The notes under the pieces are model-generated. The model ran no database searches. It was not told where the DNA came from and saw nothing but the letters and a program-made list of their open reading frames with translations. This document shows positions 37,488 to 50,699 of a stretch of 64,000 nucleotides of DNA, in pieces (the stretch's first letter is position 1; each line of letters begins with the position of its first letter). Source of the stretch: Schmidtea polychroa. Lineage: Eukaryota. A program made the position numbers and the translations under genes. The DNA lies in the NCBI GenBank assembly GCA_044892525.1, contig CM097885.1, positions 18,850,001 to 18,914,000 of the forward strand. The letters are read 5' to 3'.

Positions 37488-39627
37488 TTCTACAAAATAA
37501 TAATCAAGCCCCTCTATACTGATTGAGATACGACGTCAACCACAAGATTTTGTTGACCCTTTTTCCCTTTAAAAAAAAATATTTTATTTTAAGACTAACA
37601 TCTATAAGCTTAGGAACAGTGGAATAAGATTTCCTACTTTATCAAAACAAACACAAAAAAAGGAATTTCGTCAAAATTCGTTTGTTTAAATCAATCATTT
37701 CCATTCAAAATTTTTGTTTACCATGAGTGGTAATTTTAATCACTATTTATAAATTTTAATTTATATGTTAATAAAATGTAAAATTTTTTTAGATCGTCAT
37801 TTTTAGGCCACTTAATTCGGGCACGCTGGGGCGACAGGTACTAGCAACGAACTAAGCTCTTCGTCTGCTTACCTTTCCTTCGGTTGTGCTCGTTATGAGT
37901 GGTTTGCTCTGCATACAAGTAATTTATTTAATTTGCTAATTTCTAAATTTCCAGGTGATCGATATCGGATTGGGATATCGATTTTTTGTAGTTAACTGTA
38001 ATAATACCAATAATAATAACAATGAAATAACGATACCAATAATAATAATAATAATGATAATAATAATATTAATAATAGCAATGATAGTAATAATAATAAG
38101 AATAATAATAAATTTTAATAATGGTAATAATAATAATACTAATAATAATAATAACAAGAATAATAATAAATTTTTATAATGGGACTGATAATGATGATAA
38201 TAATAATAATGCTAATTATGATATTCATAATAATGATAATAATAATATAATAATAATAAGAATAAGAATAATAATACTAATAGTAATGATAATGTTGATA
38301 CTGCTAATAGTAATAACCAGGGGAATGATCAGGATTATGATAACTATAATTTTATAATCCCATGTTTTAAAATTATAAATTTATGTTCTATGATTTATAC
38401 TTTGATAATTTTCGATTTATAATTTAAAATTTTTCAATTTAGGGATTTACAATCTTGTAATTTATAATTATAATTTCATATTTTGAAATTTATACATTCA
38501 TATTTTATAAGTTATAATTGCTTAACTTATAATTTATAAGTTTATAATCTAAAATTTATACTTTTGTAATTCGTATTTTCGTACTTTATAATTTGAAATT
38601 TGTAGTCGACGGAATATACTTCTTGCAACTTCCTTTCTATGATCAACATTGTTTTCCGCAGTACTTACAGATTTCCTGGTCCTATTTGTGGATTAAACTT
38701 CAGGGTTCTAGCGCGTCTATCGCCTATCTGTAACCAATCCTAAGTTGATTTTTATACGAAAAATTGTTTATTACTATCTCTGATCAGACTTTCTCCATTA
38801 ACAATTTACATTTTCAGGATCGACGTGATTTGTACCTAGCTATCGTAATTATTTATAACTTATAGTTTTATAGTTAACAACAAGAATATTACAACTAAGA
38901 GCCTACCCATTTACAAACATTTTAAAGTGGGAACTAGATTTAAAATGTCTATCTTTACTCGGAATCAGCATATCTAGATCAAGTTATACCTGTACGTATG
39001 CCGAATATCTCTCCTATTTCTATTACTTTATCAAAGATCCTTACTACAAAATCTAGTTCGGCATATATCTAAGTATAATTGAAATTACCATTATGAATCA
39101 ACTAGCTACATTAATGTGAGTGTAGAATTGTGTAATTTTAGGTACGAGCTCTACTCAAATTAGAACCTTAGTGTAGAGTTATTGTTCAGGATTTTAAGTG
39201 TTGAGTTTAATTGTATATTACGCAATGAGTCGGGAAGAATATTGCTTCCATGGCCCCACTGTGACCACGTCCACAAACCTTAGTGTTGTGTGCTAAGTCA
39301 ACCATTTACGGCTGACCTTAAATAAATACGAAGAGTCAGGCGGAGGGTTTCCTCGACCTAACTCCATGGCAGGACCATGAAGTAGTTCGACCTCCGGCTG
39401 ACCCGAACAAAAAGAAATCATATAATAAATATCACTATAATAATGATAATGCGTGTCTGCATGTCCTGTTAATAACGATTTTAATAAATTGGATGCAGGA
39501 CTGAACAACGACGCAGGAATACCAGTACGCCGTTGATCACTCATACATCGCAAAAAATTTTAAGCAAAAAATAAATTTAAAATACCATCTATATAATTAA
39601 ACAATTAATATACAAATAAAGATCAAT

Positions 39628-39710
39628 GCTTACTATCGATTTTGGAAATTTCGTCACAAAAATTTGGCATAAAAGTGATTGATTGTGACTGAAACGTGTC
39701 AGTATATATA
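39628..39710 (-). promoter_or_regulatory. Candidate LTR core promoter and first splice donor
   Basis: Minus strand: TATATATA (39710-39703), Inr-like TCAGTC/TCACTT downstream, then GATA|GTAAGC donor at 39633. The TATA block is retained in relics at ~45615 and ~53684. Confidence 0.5.
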
Positions 39711-42254
39711 CCTATTTAGTACACGTGTATGTATTGATGCATTAAAACAAACTCGAATTCTTTTTATTCCAGAATTTTCTATTTTACGATTTTGCTATTT
39801 TTAATGGCAATTTTTGTGCCATAATTTTTGTTTTTATTTTTATATTTTTATTTTTTAATTATTTTTCCTTAATTTTACGTCCATGATGGATTTGGAACGG
39901 TTCCAGAACATTCTATTTTACTTTTAATTTAATTTTTATTTTAACTGATGTTTTTATGAATTCTTTTTGAGATTTTTTATTTTTAATACTAATTTATTTA
40001 TTTTCCTTAACTTTTGTTGTTCTAGATAACTTTTGTGATGGTCATCGCCATTTTTATAGAATGTTCTGGGTTTTTCTGGAATGTTTTACTGTTTTTATCG
40101 TCTCTTAAGTTGTTCGAGTCTGTTTTTTTGTAACTCTGTGTTTATTTGGTTATTTTTGAGTTAGATTTTTGCATCACTTCTTGCTTTTGTATAATTTTGT
40201 TTAATTTCTTTGTTTATGTTTTTGTTGCTTTCTCCTTTAGTTAATATTGTTTATTTGGTGTAGGTTTTAATATTTAACTATACTTGGTGCTTTTTTACTT
40301 GCTGTGTACCTACGCGTTTCAGTCACAATTAGTATTTTGGGTCTAGAAATCAGTTCTAGCCCAACAATAGTTGCTACCAGGAGAATTTTGTATAGCAGAA
40401 ATTTAGAAATTCAGAAATAAAACAAGCTATATCAGCTTTGTGTAAAACTTACAGAATTTTAACCATAAGGTTACTTAATTCTACTTTGTTTTAATTTATC
40501 AATTAATTGCACAACCCGACCACGAGAAGCAGTATTTCGGCCTGTCTTAAATATTGGATTAAAAGTTTAGAAAGGAACTATATTAGGAAACGTTAGATTG
40601 TCCTTGATCTAGGCGATAGCGCAAACATCGGGAAACCCCTCCATCTTCAACTTAACTTAATATACAGTACTGTGAGCAATTGGATCCAGCATTTGTTTCT
40701 TATTCTAAGGACTGTTTGTACAACCAATTTCTTTGCTTTATAGAATCAGCGGCATTTTTGGGTGTATTACATATATTGTGCATATTGAAAAAAATTATCT
40801 TATCTTCGTTAATTCATATTTATTATTTATTACACGCACATATATTATATATCTTTGGAATCTGATATATCAGTCTGTGTTAGGAAAATATCTATCCCAC
40901 CAGATCAGAACCTAAAAGTATCTGTCTTCTGTTCGAAACCGCGCATAATTATTTATTTGATCACTAAACGCTCGTTACAAGCGATGTTGGTACTGCAATT
41001 AAGCGGTTATCTGTCTGCAAAAGTTGAGCCTCATCATAAGGTATCTTAATGCCAGGACTCGCCCTTGGGTTTGTTGGTCGCTTAGGGGCGTGTAATTTTA
41101 TTGTCAAATGTGTTAGGGGTAATTGTATGTATTAAATCGACTTCTTCCTAAACACCTTCATGATTATTGCACTTAAGAACATATATGTTCCCATGACGAC
41201 GACCATGTTGGTACTGTGCACAATGGTTGAAAATTAATGAGCAGGTGAGCTCTATTGCTAAAACTACTCTTCATTGTATTTTTCTTACAGGTTCTGGACT
41301 GCCGATAGAAGGTCTTACGTCATTATTCATTATCTATTTCTATTGTTGGATCATTGAAATGCCTTCATTTAACTATGGTTCTCATTTCTGGATGTTTTCT
41401 ATTGTTTTCTTCAAAAATTTGAGCAGGGATCGGCCCTTATTACTAAGTTAATAAATGTAGTTTCATACTTCTCATAAAATTTGGGCAGGGATCTGCTTGT
41501 ATTTCCAACTCCAACCTATGTTCTACTAAAACGAACCCGTCCTATACTATCTATATTTAAACAAAGCTTCAAACTGTCCAAAATGAATCTATGTTCTCCC
41601 ATCGACCCTATCCCTAACCATATCCTCTAAACGATATGCCAGAATGGTCAACCATCCACTGTCCATCAGTCTTTCGACCGATGGTTTACGGACGTATCCC
41701 AAACCTGGGGGCATCAAAGTATAAAAATTATGACAAAACAAAATTCAACCATAATTATTTATTCAAAGTTTTATAAACGAAATAATCAAAACACCAAAAT
41801 TAACTAAAACTAAATTCAACTTAAAATTTTATTAAATCATGAAATTACATTATACTTTACATAAAATTACATTTCACATAAAATTACCAAAATAAAATCC
41901 AACTTACCGCGATTGCATAAACCGAAAACTGAGAGCGCCTAGCAATGTCTGGTAAATAAGGTTGATTTCAGATTAAACTAGTTTTTTTTACTGAATTTTC
42001 AATCAGTATTTATACTGATTTGATTGCACGCCTACGCATTCTCTGCTACTATATCCCATTAACAGGCGATAAATTTGAATTACTATGAATCCATGCATAA
42101 GTGTGTGCAATTATTTATTTTTTAATTTAACTGATTTAATTAATTAATTATTTAATATTTTATTAATTTTAATAATTTAATTTTATAAATTTTATAATTT
42201 AAATAATTTTGGTTAATTTTATTTTTGTTTTTATTAATTTAAACACTTTGATTC

Positions 42255-44022
42255 TGTTGGGTCTTAGGAGTGTGTCATGTTTTAAATGGGTTAAGAGAAT
42301 TATTAAATTTTGAATCGACTCCTTCCTAACGCCTTCATGATTATTGTAATTTTTATCATCTGTATACCCATGGTAGTAGTCTTGTTGGTACTGTATACAA
42401 TAGTTGAAAACCCATGAGCAGGTGAGCTCTATTGTTAAAACTACTCCTCATGAAATTTTCATTTTCGGGTTCTGGACTGTCGATAGAAGGTCTTACGTCA
42501 TTATTCACTATCTATGCTGTTGTTAGATTATTTGTGATCCTCAATTACGGGTCTTTCCAATTGTTCTTTTCTAAAGTTTTGCGCGGGGATCCGCCCTTAT
42601 ATTCCATCTAATAATTATTGTTCTATACTTCCTATTATATCCAAATTATCCTTCAAAAAATTTGAGCAAGGATCTGCCTGTATTTCTAAGTCTAACCTAT
42701 TTCCAACTAGAAAATACTTACGGTGACGGACCAGTGGGGAAGCCCCCACATTAAGGCCCAATCAATCCGTTTGAATCTGAAAAGCCAGCCGAACTTCTCG
42801 CAAGAGGAACAACTAGTGTCCCTTAAGCTGTGGCCTACTGGATTCCAACTCCACTATAACTACTATTCAAAATTAATAAATGTAAAAGTTGAACCGAATA
42901 AAAATTATTATTTAAAACTTAAAAACTAAATGAAATTAAACAATTAAAAAAAACAAAAACAAAAAAAGAATTAACTAAAACTAAATGCAATACAAAGATT
43001 TATTAGCTTTTAAAAATTTACCTAAAAATTACACATCAACAAATTAAATTACCACATCCGATACCACGATGGCATAAAATCGAAAATTGAGAGCATATGT
43101 TCACTGCCTGAAATACAATTTGTTGTGTAAATTTGAAAACCAGTTTTTTCAAGTGAATTTGTAATCAGTATTTATACTGATTTTGAATGTGCATTCATGC
43201 ATTCTCTGTCACTAGATCCAATCAAATTGCAGTAAAATTTGATTTGCCTTTGCATGCGTGCATGAGTGGGTGTAATTATTCATTTTTTAATTTAATTGAT
43301 TTAATTAATTAATTAATCTAATGTTTATTACTTTAATTTTATAAATTTTTAATTTAAATAATTTTAGCTAATTTTATTTTAATTTTCATTAAATTTTGCC
43401 ATTTAATTCTATAAACTTTATAATTTACATGATGTTAACTAATTTTATTTTAATTTTTCTTATTTTTAACAATTTAATTTTATAATTTAAATAATTTTCA
43501 ACTAATTTTATTTTACATTTTATTATATTTTTTCATAGAAAATGTTAGTTTCAACTTTTAAAATTTATTTATCGCTTTATTTTATTTCCTTTAATTTTTA
43601 AATAAATTTTCCTGTTCCTTTTCTTAAAGTATGTACTGCTTCTCACATCTCCTTCATATAGAAAACATGATCCATAGCATCCCTATTAAATTCGATTATG
43701 ATCCTTTGTATGTAAATACGACCAATAATCCTTCTTAAAATTTCTTTTCCTGTTATTAGTTAACTTATATCAATTAATTTATTTATTATTTTATTTGCTA
43801 GTTGGCAGATCTCTTGAATGCGATATTTCTCTTAACTGTGTTGGTGATTATAACTTCTTTCGTTTCTTAATTTTATGATACATGTTTTATTCTCAATGTG
43901 TTATGTATTTTATTTTGTATTATTTGGTATATGATCATGGATTTTAATTCAAATTGGTGCTGTTTTTTGCTATGTATTTTTGATTCATTAAACAAACTCT
44001 CAATATTCATTCTAGCCCAACA
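42255..44022. mobile_element. Solo LTR (inner, 1768 bp) nested in a related solo LTR
   Basis: TGTTGGG...TAGCCCAACA; TSD ATTC at 42251-42254 and 44023-44026; colinear similarity with the outer LTR. Confidence 0.88.
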
Positions 44023-44145
44023 ATTCTATAAATTTCATAAGCTACATAATTCTAACCATTTAATTCTATAAACTTTACAATTTACATAATGTTAATTAAT
44101 TTTATTATTTCAACGATTTAATTTTATAAATTTTATAGTTTAAAT

Positions 44146-44545
44146 CAGTGTTGTCCAAACTTTTTTGAGCCACGGCACACTTGGCTGAATTAAAAATTTT
44201 CGCGGCACACCTAAATTTTTTTTGCTTTATTTGCAATTTTTTATTGCACTTTTACTAATCTTTTAATAAGAAATGAAAAACTTATAAACTAAAAAAGATT
44301 ATTATTTAATATTTAAGATTCTAAATAAACATAATTAAGCTGCTTACGTATTTTAGATAGTCAATATTTCTAGTAAGAAATATAAATATGATTGTAAACA
44401 AATAAATTTTGCACTTAATTGACTGATTAACATTTAAATTTGAAATAACTGTTAAAATATCCACAATTCAATTTCCTTTTATTAAGTTGTTTGGAAAAAC
44501 AGGGTTTCTTTGACTTTTTTAAAAATAAATTTCACGGCACACCTT
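44146..44545. mobile_element. Truncated hAT-like MITE
   Basis: Starts CAGTGTTGTCCAAACTTTTTT with repeated CGGCACAC sub-terminal motifs; no clear second TIR. Confidence 0.5.
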
Positions 44546-46704
44546 TAAATAATTTTCAACTAATTCTATTTTAAATTTTATTATTTTTCCATCGAAATTT
44601 TTAGTTTCAATTTTTTTTAAATTTATTCATCTCTTTATTCTATTGTACGGGTTTTATTGATTCTTAATACGTTATGTAATTTATTTTATTTTATTATTTT
44701 ATATTAAACCTCGATCATAATTTTTTTCAACTTTGTGCGGTTTTTGTGTTCGGTATTTTCGATCCATTAAAACAAACTCTCAATTCTCGGTTTTAGCCCA
44801 ACAGGTTCATGGGCTTACTGCAGAAATTTTGGCGCCCTATTTCCTCGTGTTCCTTTATCATCTAATTATTCTTCCTACCTCTTTTTGTCGTTGATTTTAT
44901 CTCAGATCTCTGTGTTCATAGTTTATTCTTATGTTGGGCTAGAACTGAATTCTAGACTCAAATCTTGAAAATATGTCGAAATGTGGTGGTACATAACACG
45001 CACACCTAGCATTAAGTTGATTCAAATAAACTATATACAACACCAAATAAACAACGATAATAATGAGTAAAAATAACAGAGAAATAAAAACATCTAAATT
45101 AAGAAAATAAAACAAAACAAATGTAAGAAATATCACATGAAAATTGACTCAAATATAACAAAAAAGCACAAAGGTACAAAAACGAACTCGAATGAAGTCG
45201 AAAATCTGTAGAAAATATAAAATAAGAGAGAATTCTAGACAAAAACCCCAGAGCAATCCAAATAAAAGCGAAATTCATCATGGATGCCATTCAATACAAT
45301 AAAAGTTAATAAAATTAAATAATTTAGTTAAAAAGTAAAAATCCTAAAAAAGAATTCATAAAAAACGATTCTAAAATAAAAATCAAAATAAATTAGATAT
45401 GGAACGTTCTGTAAATGCCCAAATCCACCATAGAGGCAAATTTAACGAAAATAATTAAAAAATAAAATTTTATAAATAGAAACAAAAATTATGGCACAAT
45501 AATTGCCATTAAAATTGTTAAAAATCAAAAATAGAATGTTCTAGAATTGAAAAGAATTCGAGTTTGTTTTACTGCATCAATGCACACACACGTACTCGCA
45601 CACACAAAAATAGGTATATATACCGCCACGTTCCTGTCACAAGTTACTCTTTTATGCCAAAATTTTTGTCCAGTAATTAGTAACACTGAATTATATATAT
45701 ATATATATATATATATGAATTTTTTCTAAATAACCCCCTTAAGTCATATAATAGTTGGGGTAGGGTGACACTACCAATTATCTAATGTATGCTATTAATA
45801 TTGTTAATTCGGTAATGTATGTAATGATATCGATTTTAGGATTCCCCTAATGTCAAATTTAATTATAGGATACCTTCACCAAATAATATCGCTAGGATTT
45901 TACATATTCTATTTTTAGTAGTACCCCCCTTAATTATCGAAGAAAAACTAAGTTTTCCCCACACGCCTATATACATATATGTGCGTATATGGATGGGTGG
46001 TTATGTGTGTATTTTTACCCAGAATGAATTAGTGTCAACTTAAAACTCGAAGAAAAGAGTAGCGACTCGATAATTATCAAAATTTTGATTGGGTTCAATT
46101 TGAAAATTTTCAAATGCTAATTTTTGATTAACCTCATGAGTTCAGACAAATTATTCCTATTTACTCGCTAGGTTCATAGATTCGGTTTATTAAAATTAAA
46201 GAAATAAAACTTAATTCCTTTGCTAATGATTCGGAAACTATTTCATTAGCCATCATCTAAAATAACAAGTCCAAAATTTTCTTAATAAGAGAACACAATA
46301 GTGTTGAAACCAGAAACCCATATTCGCAATAATTTTTTTTAACAACAACGCCAATAAATCAATTCACTTTAACGATTCAGGATCACTAAACTCAAATCGA
46401 GTGTATTATTATAGATCACAGAACTTAGACTCAGTTGGTAAAGGCATCGAGATCTGCCTTGGATACTGTTTTCATAAATCGAATGGAAAGTTTTCGGATC
46501 ACCGTTTGATAAATAAACTCGTTCGGCAACTGGTGAATTTCTGACATTACTCAATGTTAATTGAACCAAATTTGAACCAAAGGTTCAAATCTATAAATCA
46601 TATCGTTGACAAAGCCTTCTCCTGTGGCGATTAAAAGTACATATTAGCTAGCATGAAAATAGAAAATTAAATTTCAACTTAAAAGTTGACACAATGCAGT
46701 AAAT

Positions 46705-47033
46705 CAGGGGTGCCCATAAGGTCGATCGCGATCTACCGGTAGATCGCGAAGGATTTTTTAGTAGATCTTCATAAGAAAAATATTTTTTATATAAATTTAG
46801 ATTTTATATAAAATTTCTGTTTTATGCTTAAATTTTTTGCCAATTTTCATGTTCTGTGTTCCATTTCTATGGTAATACTAAATAACATTTTTTAATTTTG
46901 ATTTCACCATTTCCAAAATGTTATTTAGTTTAATTTAATTTTGTTAAATATTATGTAAGTATTAAAAAAGTAGATCGCATACACATTTTGGATGTGAATG
47001 TAGCTCTCCTAGAAAAATTAGTGGGCACCCCTG
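46705..47033. mobile_element. hAT-type MITE
   Basis: TIR CAGGGGTGCCCA / TGGGCACCCCTG; perfect 8-bp TSD CAGTAAAT. Confidence 0.9.
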
Positions 47034-48249
47034 CAGTAAATAATAATAAATGAAAATGGAAAATTAAAACATGAGAAATTAAACGAAAATTGACAAGAAA
47101 TGGAAATATATGTTATGTAGTTTTAAGAAGAATCCTTATTATTTTAATAAATTTTGCAAAATTAAAATGACCTGAGATTAAATGTTTTCGTTGTAATTCA
47201 AAAGTTGCAATAGTAAATTTTTTACTTGATAAATAGATTCGATAAATTTTTTTTGGAACTTTCGATTAAATAAATTCACTAGAATATATTTGATACCTCC
47301 AAGTTAGCAAACCCTTAGAGTCGAAGAGAGAAAAATGATGATCAAACCGTAAACTGTCCTTGTTATTGGAGGGTAGAGTACCGATGGGAAGAGCCGATGT
47401 ATCTATTTGGGTAGGTATAGGTATATATAAATATCATAGCGAATAAAGTCACAAATTGCAACATTTTTGACGTCGGTCTGATGAGAATGCTGGAAAGTTT
47501 ATCGAATTTGGGAAAATAAATAAATTTAAACAGTAAATATAAATTTAGAGATGTCACAACATAACGATCACGCGAGAAGGGTCAACAGGCCGAATCCATT
47601 ACTCGAATCAGAACCAGATGGATCTGGTACTAAATCCACTCAGCGGGAAGATCGGCCTCGCCACTCCCAAGAAGGAGGCTCTCCCAAATCCAGCCTTAGA
47701 GGCGAATGAGAGAGCCGTCTCAACTGAACAGGATCCAATCCGGAACCTCCTGCGGACAGATTGAGAAGTTTGATTCGGTGTCCTGGATAATCCCAGCGGG
47801 AACGCCTGCGTTCGCTTGGACCCTACCTTACTCGCCGAACTGAATGCCTGGCAAGCCAGGTCGGAACGGGAATCTCGAGCGGCATTCTCCAACCAGAAGT
47901 CCAACCCTAGGAAACATGGCTGACCCCGCAAATCAATGAAGCAGACTGACGACAGCAACAAGGATTCGCCTTCCCGATCCTGACGCAACCAATAACTCCG
48001 GAATATAAACTATCGTGATTAGTCAACCACTACATTGACTTAGTGAATATTATCCTGTGTGTTGATCTCATTTAATTATAACTACTAGTTAATATTTAAC
48101 TACTGTGTTGACTCAGTTATTATCCTTTTGTTTGTTAATTTCATTTGATCGTAAGTATTATAGTTATAATTATAGATTATAATTGATAGCATGAGAGAAG
48201 GATAGAGTACGTAGGAGATCAATCTAACGATACTTTCTTTTACTTTTCT

Positions 48250-48760
48250 AGTGTTCAAACTCTTCGAGAATTTACGAAAGGACCGGGAACAAGCCCAGCA
48301 ACAAGTTGAAAGTCTCCAGGCAAGCATCGCAAAGTTCAAGGGGCGATGTAGAGAAATGAAACGCACCTAGTTTAGCCCCGAGGATATGAAGAAACGTCTG
48401 CGACAGATCGAGCTCTTACAGCTTCAAAGTGCGCAAGATAAAACAGAAATCTGCGCGCTGAAGATACGAGTTCGCGCAATGGAGACGCAGCTAAACAAGA
48501 AGACCATCAACGAGCATGTTGCTGCAGCAGTAACACAATAACGATGATATTAATTTCATTTCCCAATTAAAGATGAAAAAAATTACATAAAACCACAAAC
48601 TAAAAAGCTGGCAGATATCCGTGTAAATAAGCCAGGCAAATCAAAGCGCAAGAGGCTAGGCCGGGAGGGGAGAGAGCGATTGAAGCGACTCCGGATGGCC
48701 GAACAGGAGCGCCCAGTCGAACCAGGACTATCACAACCCAACTCAACTCACGAACAGTAA
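48250..48760 (+). pseudogene. Decayed homolog of the LTR coiled-coil ORF
   Basis: FKLFENLRKDREQAQQQ...KGRCREMKRT*FSPEDMKK...KRKRLGREGRERLK aligns by eye with 6558..7028. Confidence 0.85.
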
Positions 48761-49180
48761 TGTAATTATATAATGAGAGCTTTATTAAAATCGTTGTAAT
48801 TTTCTACAAGTATGTTGGATGTTAGTTTGATGAGTTAGAGAGAGGTATGGAGGTATGGAGCTTGGGAAAAGCATTAAATTAAGGGACCGGAGCAAATCAG
48901 ACACATATCTTCTATCGATAGTCCGTGAACCCAAAGAGTGCCCGGCAATTATAGTGCACGTAGTACGCTCACTTTTTGCGAGCATTCACCCTCTTGATAC
49001 AGTACCAACAATGATCACTCATCGGGTATCAAGCGGAAATTAAATAAATTATAAAATTTTGGAAATAAAATAAATAAAAATTAGCCAAAAATCGACGTTA
49101 AAAATAGTACAAATTAAATCAAAAAAATTAATAGAATAAATAAAATAAAAATTATTTTAATTTATTTTAATAAACTAATG

Positions 49181-49584
49181 CAGTGCTTCTCAAACTTTTT
49201 TTGTCGCGGACCAGTTATTTTTTCCTAATCCAAAAACATAATTTTAATTAGTAATATTTATTAAAAAAGTAACAAATAAACAATATAAAAAAATTATTAA
49301 CGAAATTAGGTTTCGTCTGCATGCAATAAATTGCAAATAATAACTAGAAAATGCATCAAAATTCGCAATAAATAGAAGAGTTATCGAAAACACACGTTAG
49401 CACCCAGCATTTCAGTTAAAGTTACTTTTTTAGTTTATGCCACATAAACCTTGTGATATCTCTTGGTACTATTGGTACTATTTATTAAATATTGCCTGTT
49501 TGTGCTATTGTAAATATTTTAACGCTTAAAAATAAAATAAAATTTACAAAAATGTTCTGCGGACCACCACTTTGAGAAGCACTG
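49181..49584. mobile_element. hAT-type MITE
   Basis: TIR CAGTGCTTCTCAAA / TTTGAGAAGCACTG; 7/8 TSD (A/C)ACTAATG. Confidence 0.85.
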
Positions 49585-50699
49585 CACTAATGTACACACA
49601 CTATCAACCACACACAAATTAGGCTATAAATACCGACACATTTTTGCCAGAAACTAATGTTCTTATTGCACATTTTATGCCAAATTTGTAATTTGATTTT
49701 TGCAGAACTTATTTTGTAACTGTAATGTGATGTTTAAAAGGTTTTAATAAAAGTTTTATCATGTTAATATTTATACGTTTTGTTTTCTATTTTCATTATA
49801 AAAATCATTTTCTGATATAATTAAATATTAGACATTAAATAGCACATGCAAGGAACTAAAAAAAATTAATACAGTCAATAATAAAATCGAGGCCGTTTAA
49901 CTGTCATATATCGTTAATCCAGTATACTCCTGTACCGATGTTGATGAAGGTAATATGGAGGATGAAACACCTTAATGTCATAAACAGGTCTACTTCTGGT
50001 TTGTTCTTGCGGCACACTTGCAAAAGGTAATTTCGATAACTACGGGAAGAAACAGGCAGGATAAACTTATATAGTAAGATTTGAATATCGCGTCAATCTA
50101 ATTACAATACACTAGGATTTGTCTTGATGAATCACGAAGATTATGCCCGTCAGGGAAACTCGAATAAGTTGACTCTATTCAAATTAATTCTGTACAACAT
50201 TTAATAGAGCTTTTAAAATCTTTAGGTGTTTTCAGCCCCATGTAAAGAGCACGAGTTATAAATTCTCATCCATTTAGATATATGAAGAAATCAGTAGAGA
50301 CCCAAAGAAACTGACCGCAGTGATCAATCAAAATTGTGTAAAACAGCAATAGGATAATTTAAACAGATTTAAGAGAATCGTTTGTGAGATCAGAGTTGGG
50401 ACAAAATAAATTGTTGCCAACAAAATTAGCAGTAAAAATAAATTTCTTCGCGAAATTGATCCGGTGGAGAATAAGATGACTTTTTTAAATAACTCAAGAA
50501 GATGACCAAGAATTAATTATACACTTTGGACGTTGAGGAAGACCAAGTGTCAGTTTTTCTCATAATCCCTTATGTAAAAATTGTCGGACACAATAACATT
50601 TAAACTTATACAACAAAACCGATACCCAAAATTTAATCCGATTTACACGAGGATGAGGGTAAAAGACGATTATGATTGAGGATGAACATGGATACGAAC

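Larger units (their letters stand above)
6159..40366 (-). mobile_element. Giant (34,208 bp) intact env-bearing Ty3/gypsy LTR retroelement
   Basis: Two 4324-bp direct repeats at a constant 29,884-bp offset; TG...CA ends; 4-bp TSD ATAG (6155-6158, 40367-40370); PBS; PR-RT-RH-IN order. Confidence 0.97.
36043..40366 (-). repeat. 5' LTR of the giant element (4324 bp)
   Basis: Direct repeat of 6159-10482; adjacent to the PBS. Confidence 0.97.
41072..44803. mobile_element. Solo LTR (outer) related to the giant-LTR family, with nested insertions
   Basis: TGTTGG...TAGCCCAACA; 4-bp TSD GGTT at 41068-41071 and 44804-44807. Confidence 0.85.
44932..49616 (+). mobile_element. Decayed large LTR of the giant-element family, opposite orientation (right end approximate)
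   Basis: Starts TGTTGGGCTAGAACTGA (reverse complement of the giant LTR end); retains the TATA block, decayed AT-hook ORF (~47618-47935), coiled-coil ORF (~48250-48760) and the terminal conserved block (~48880-49038). Confidence 0.8.
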
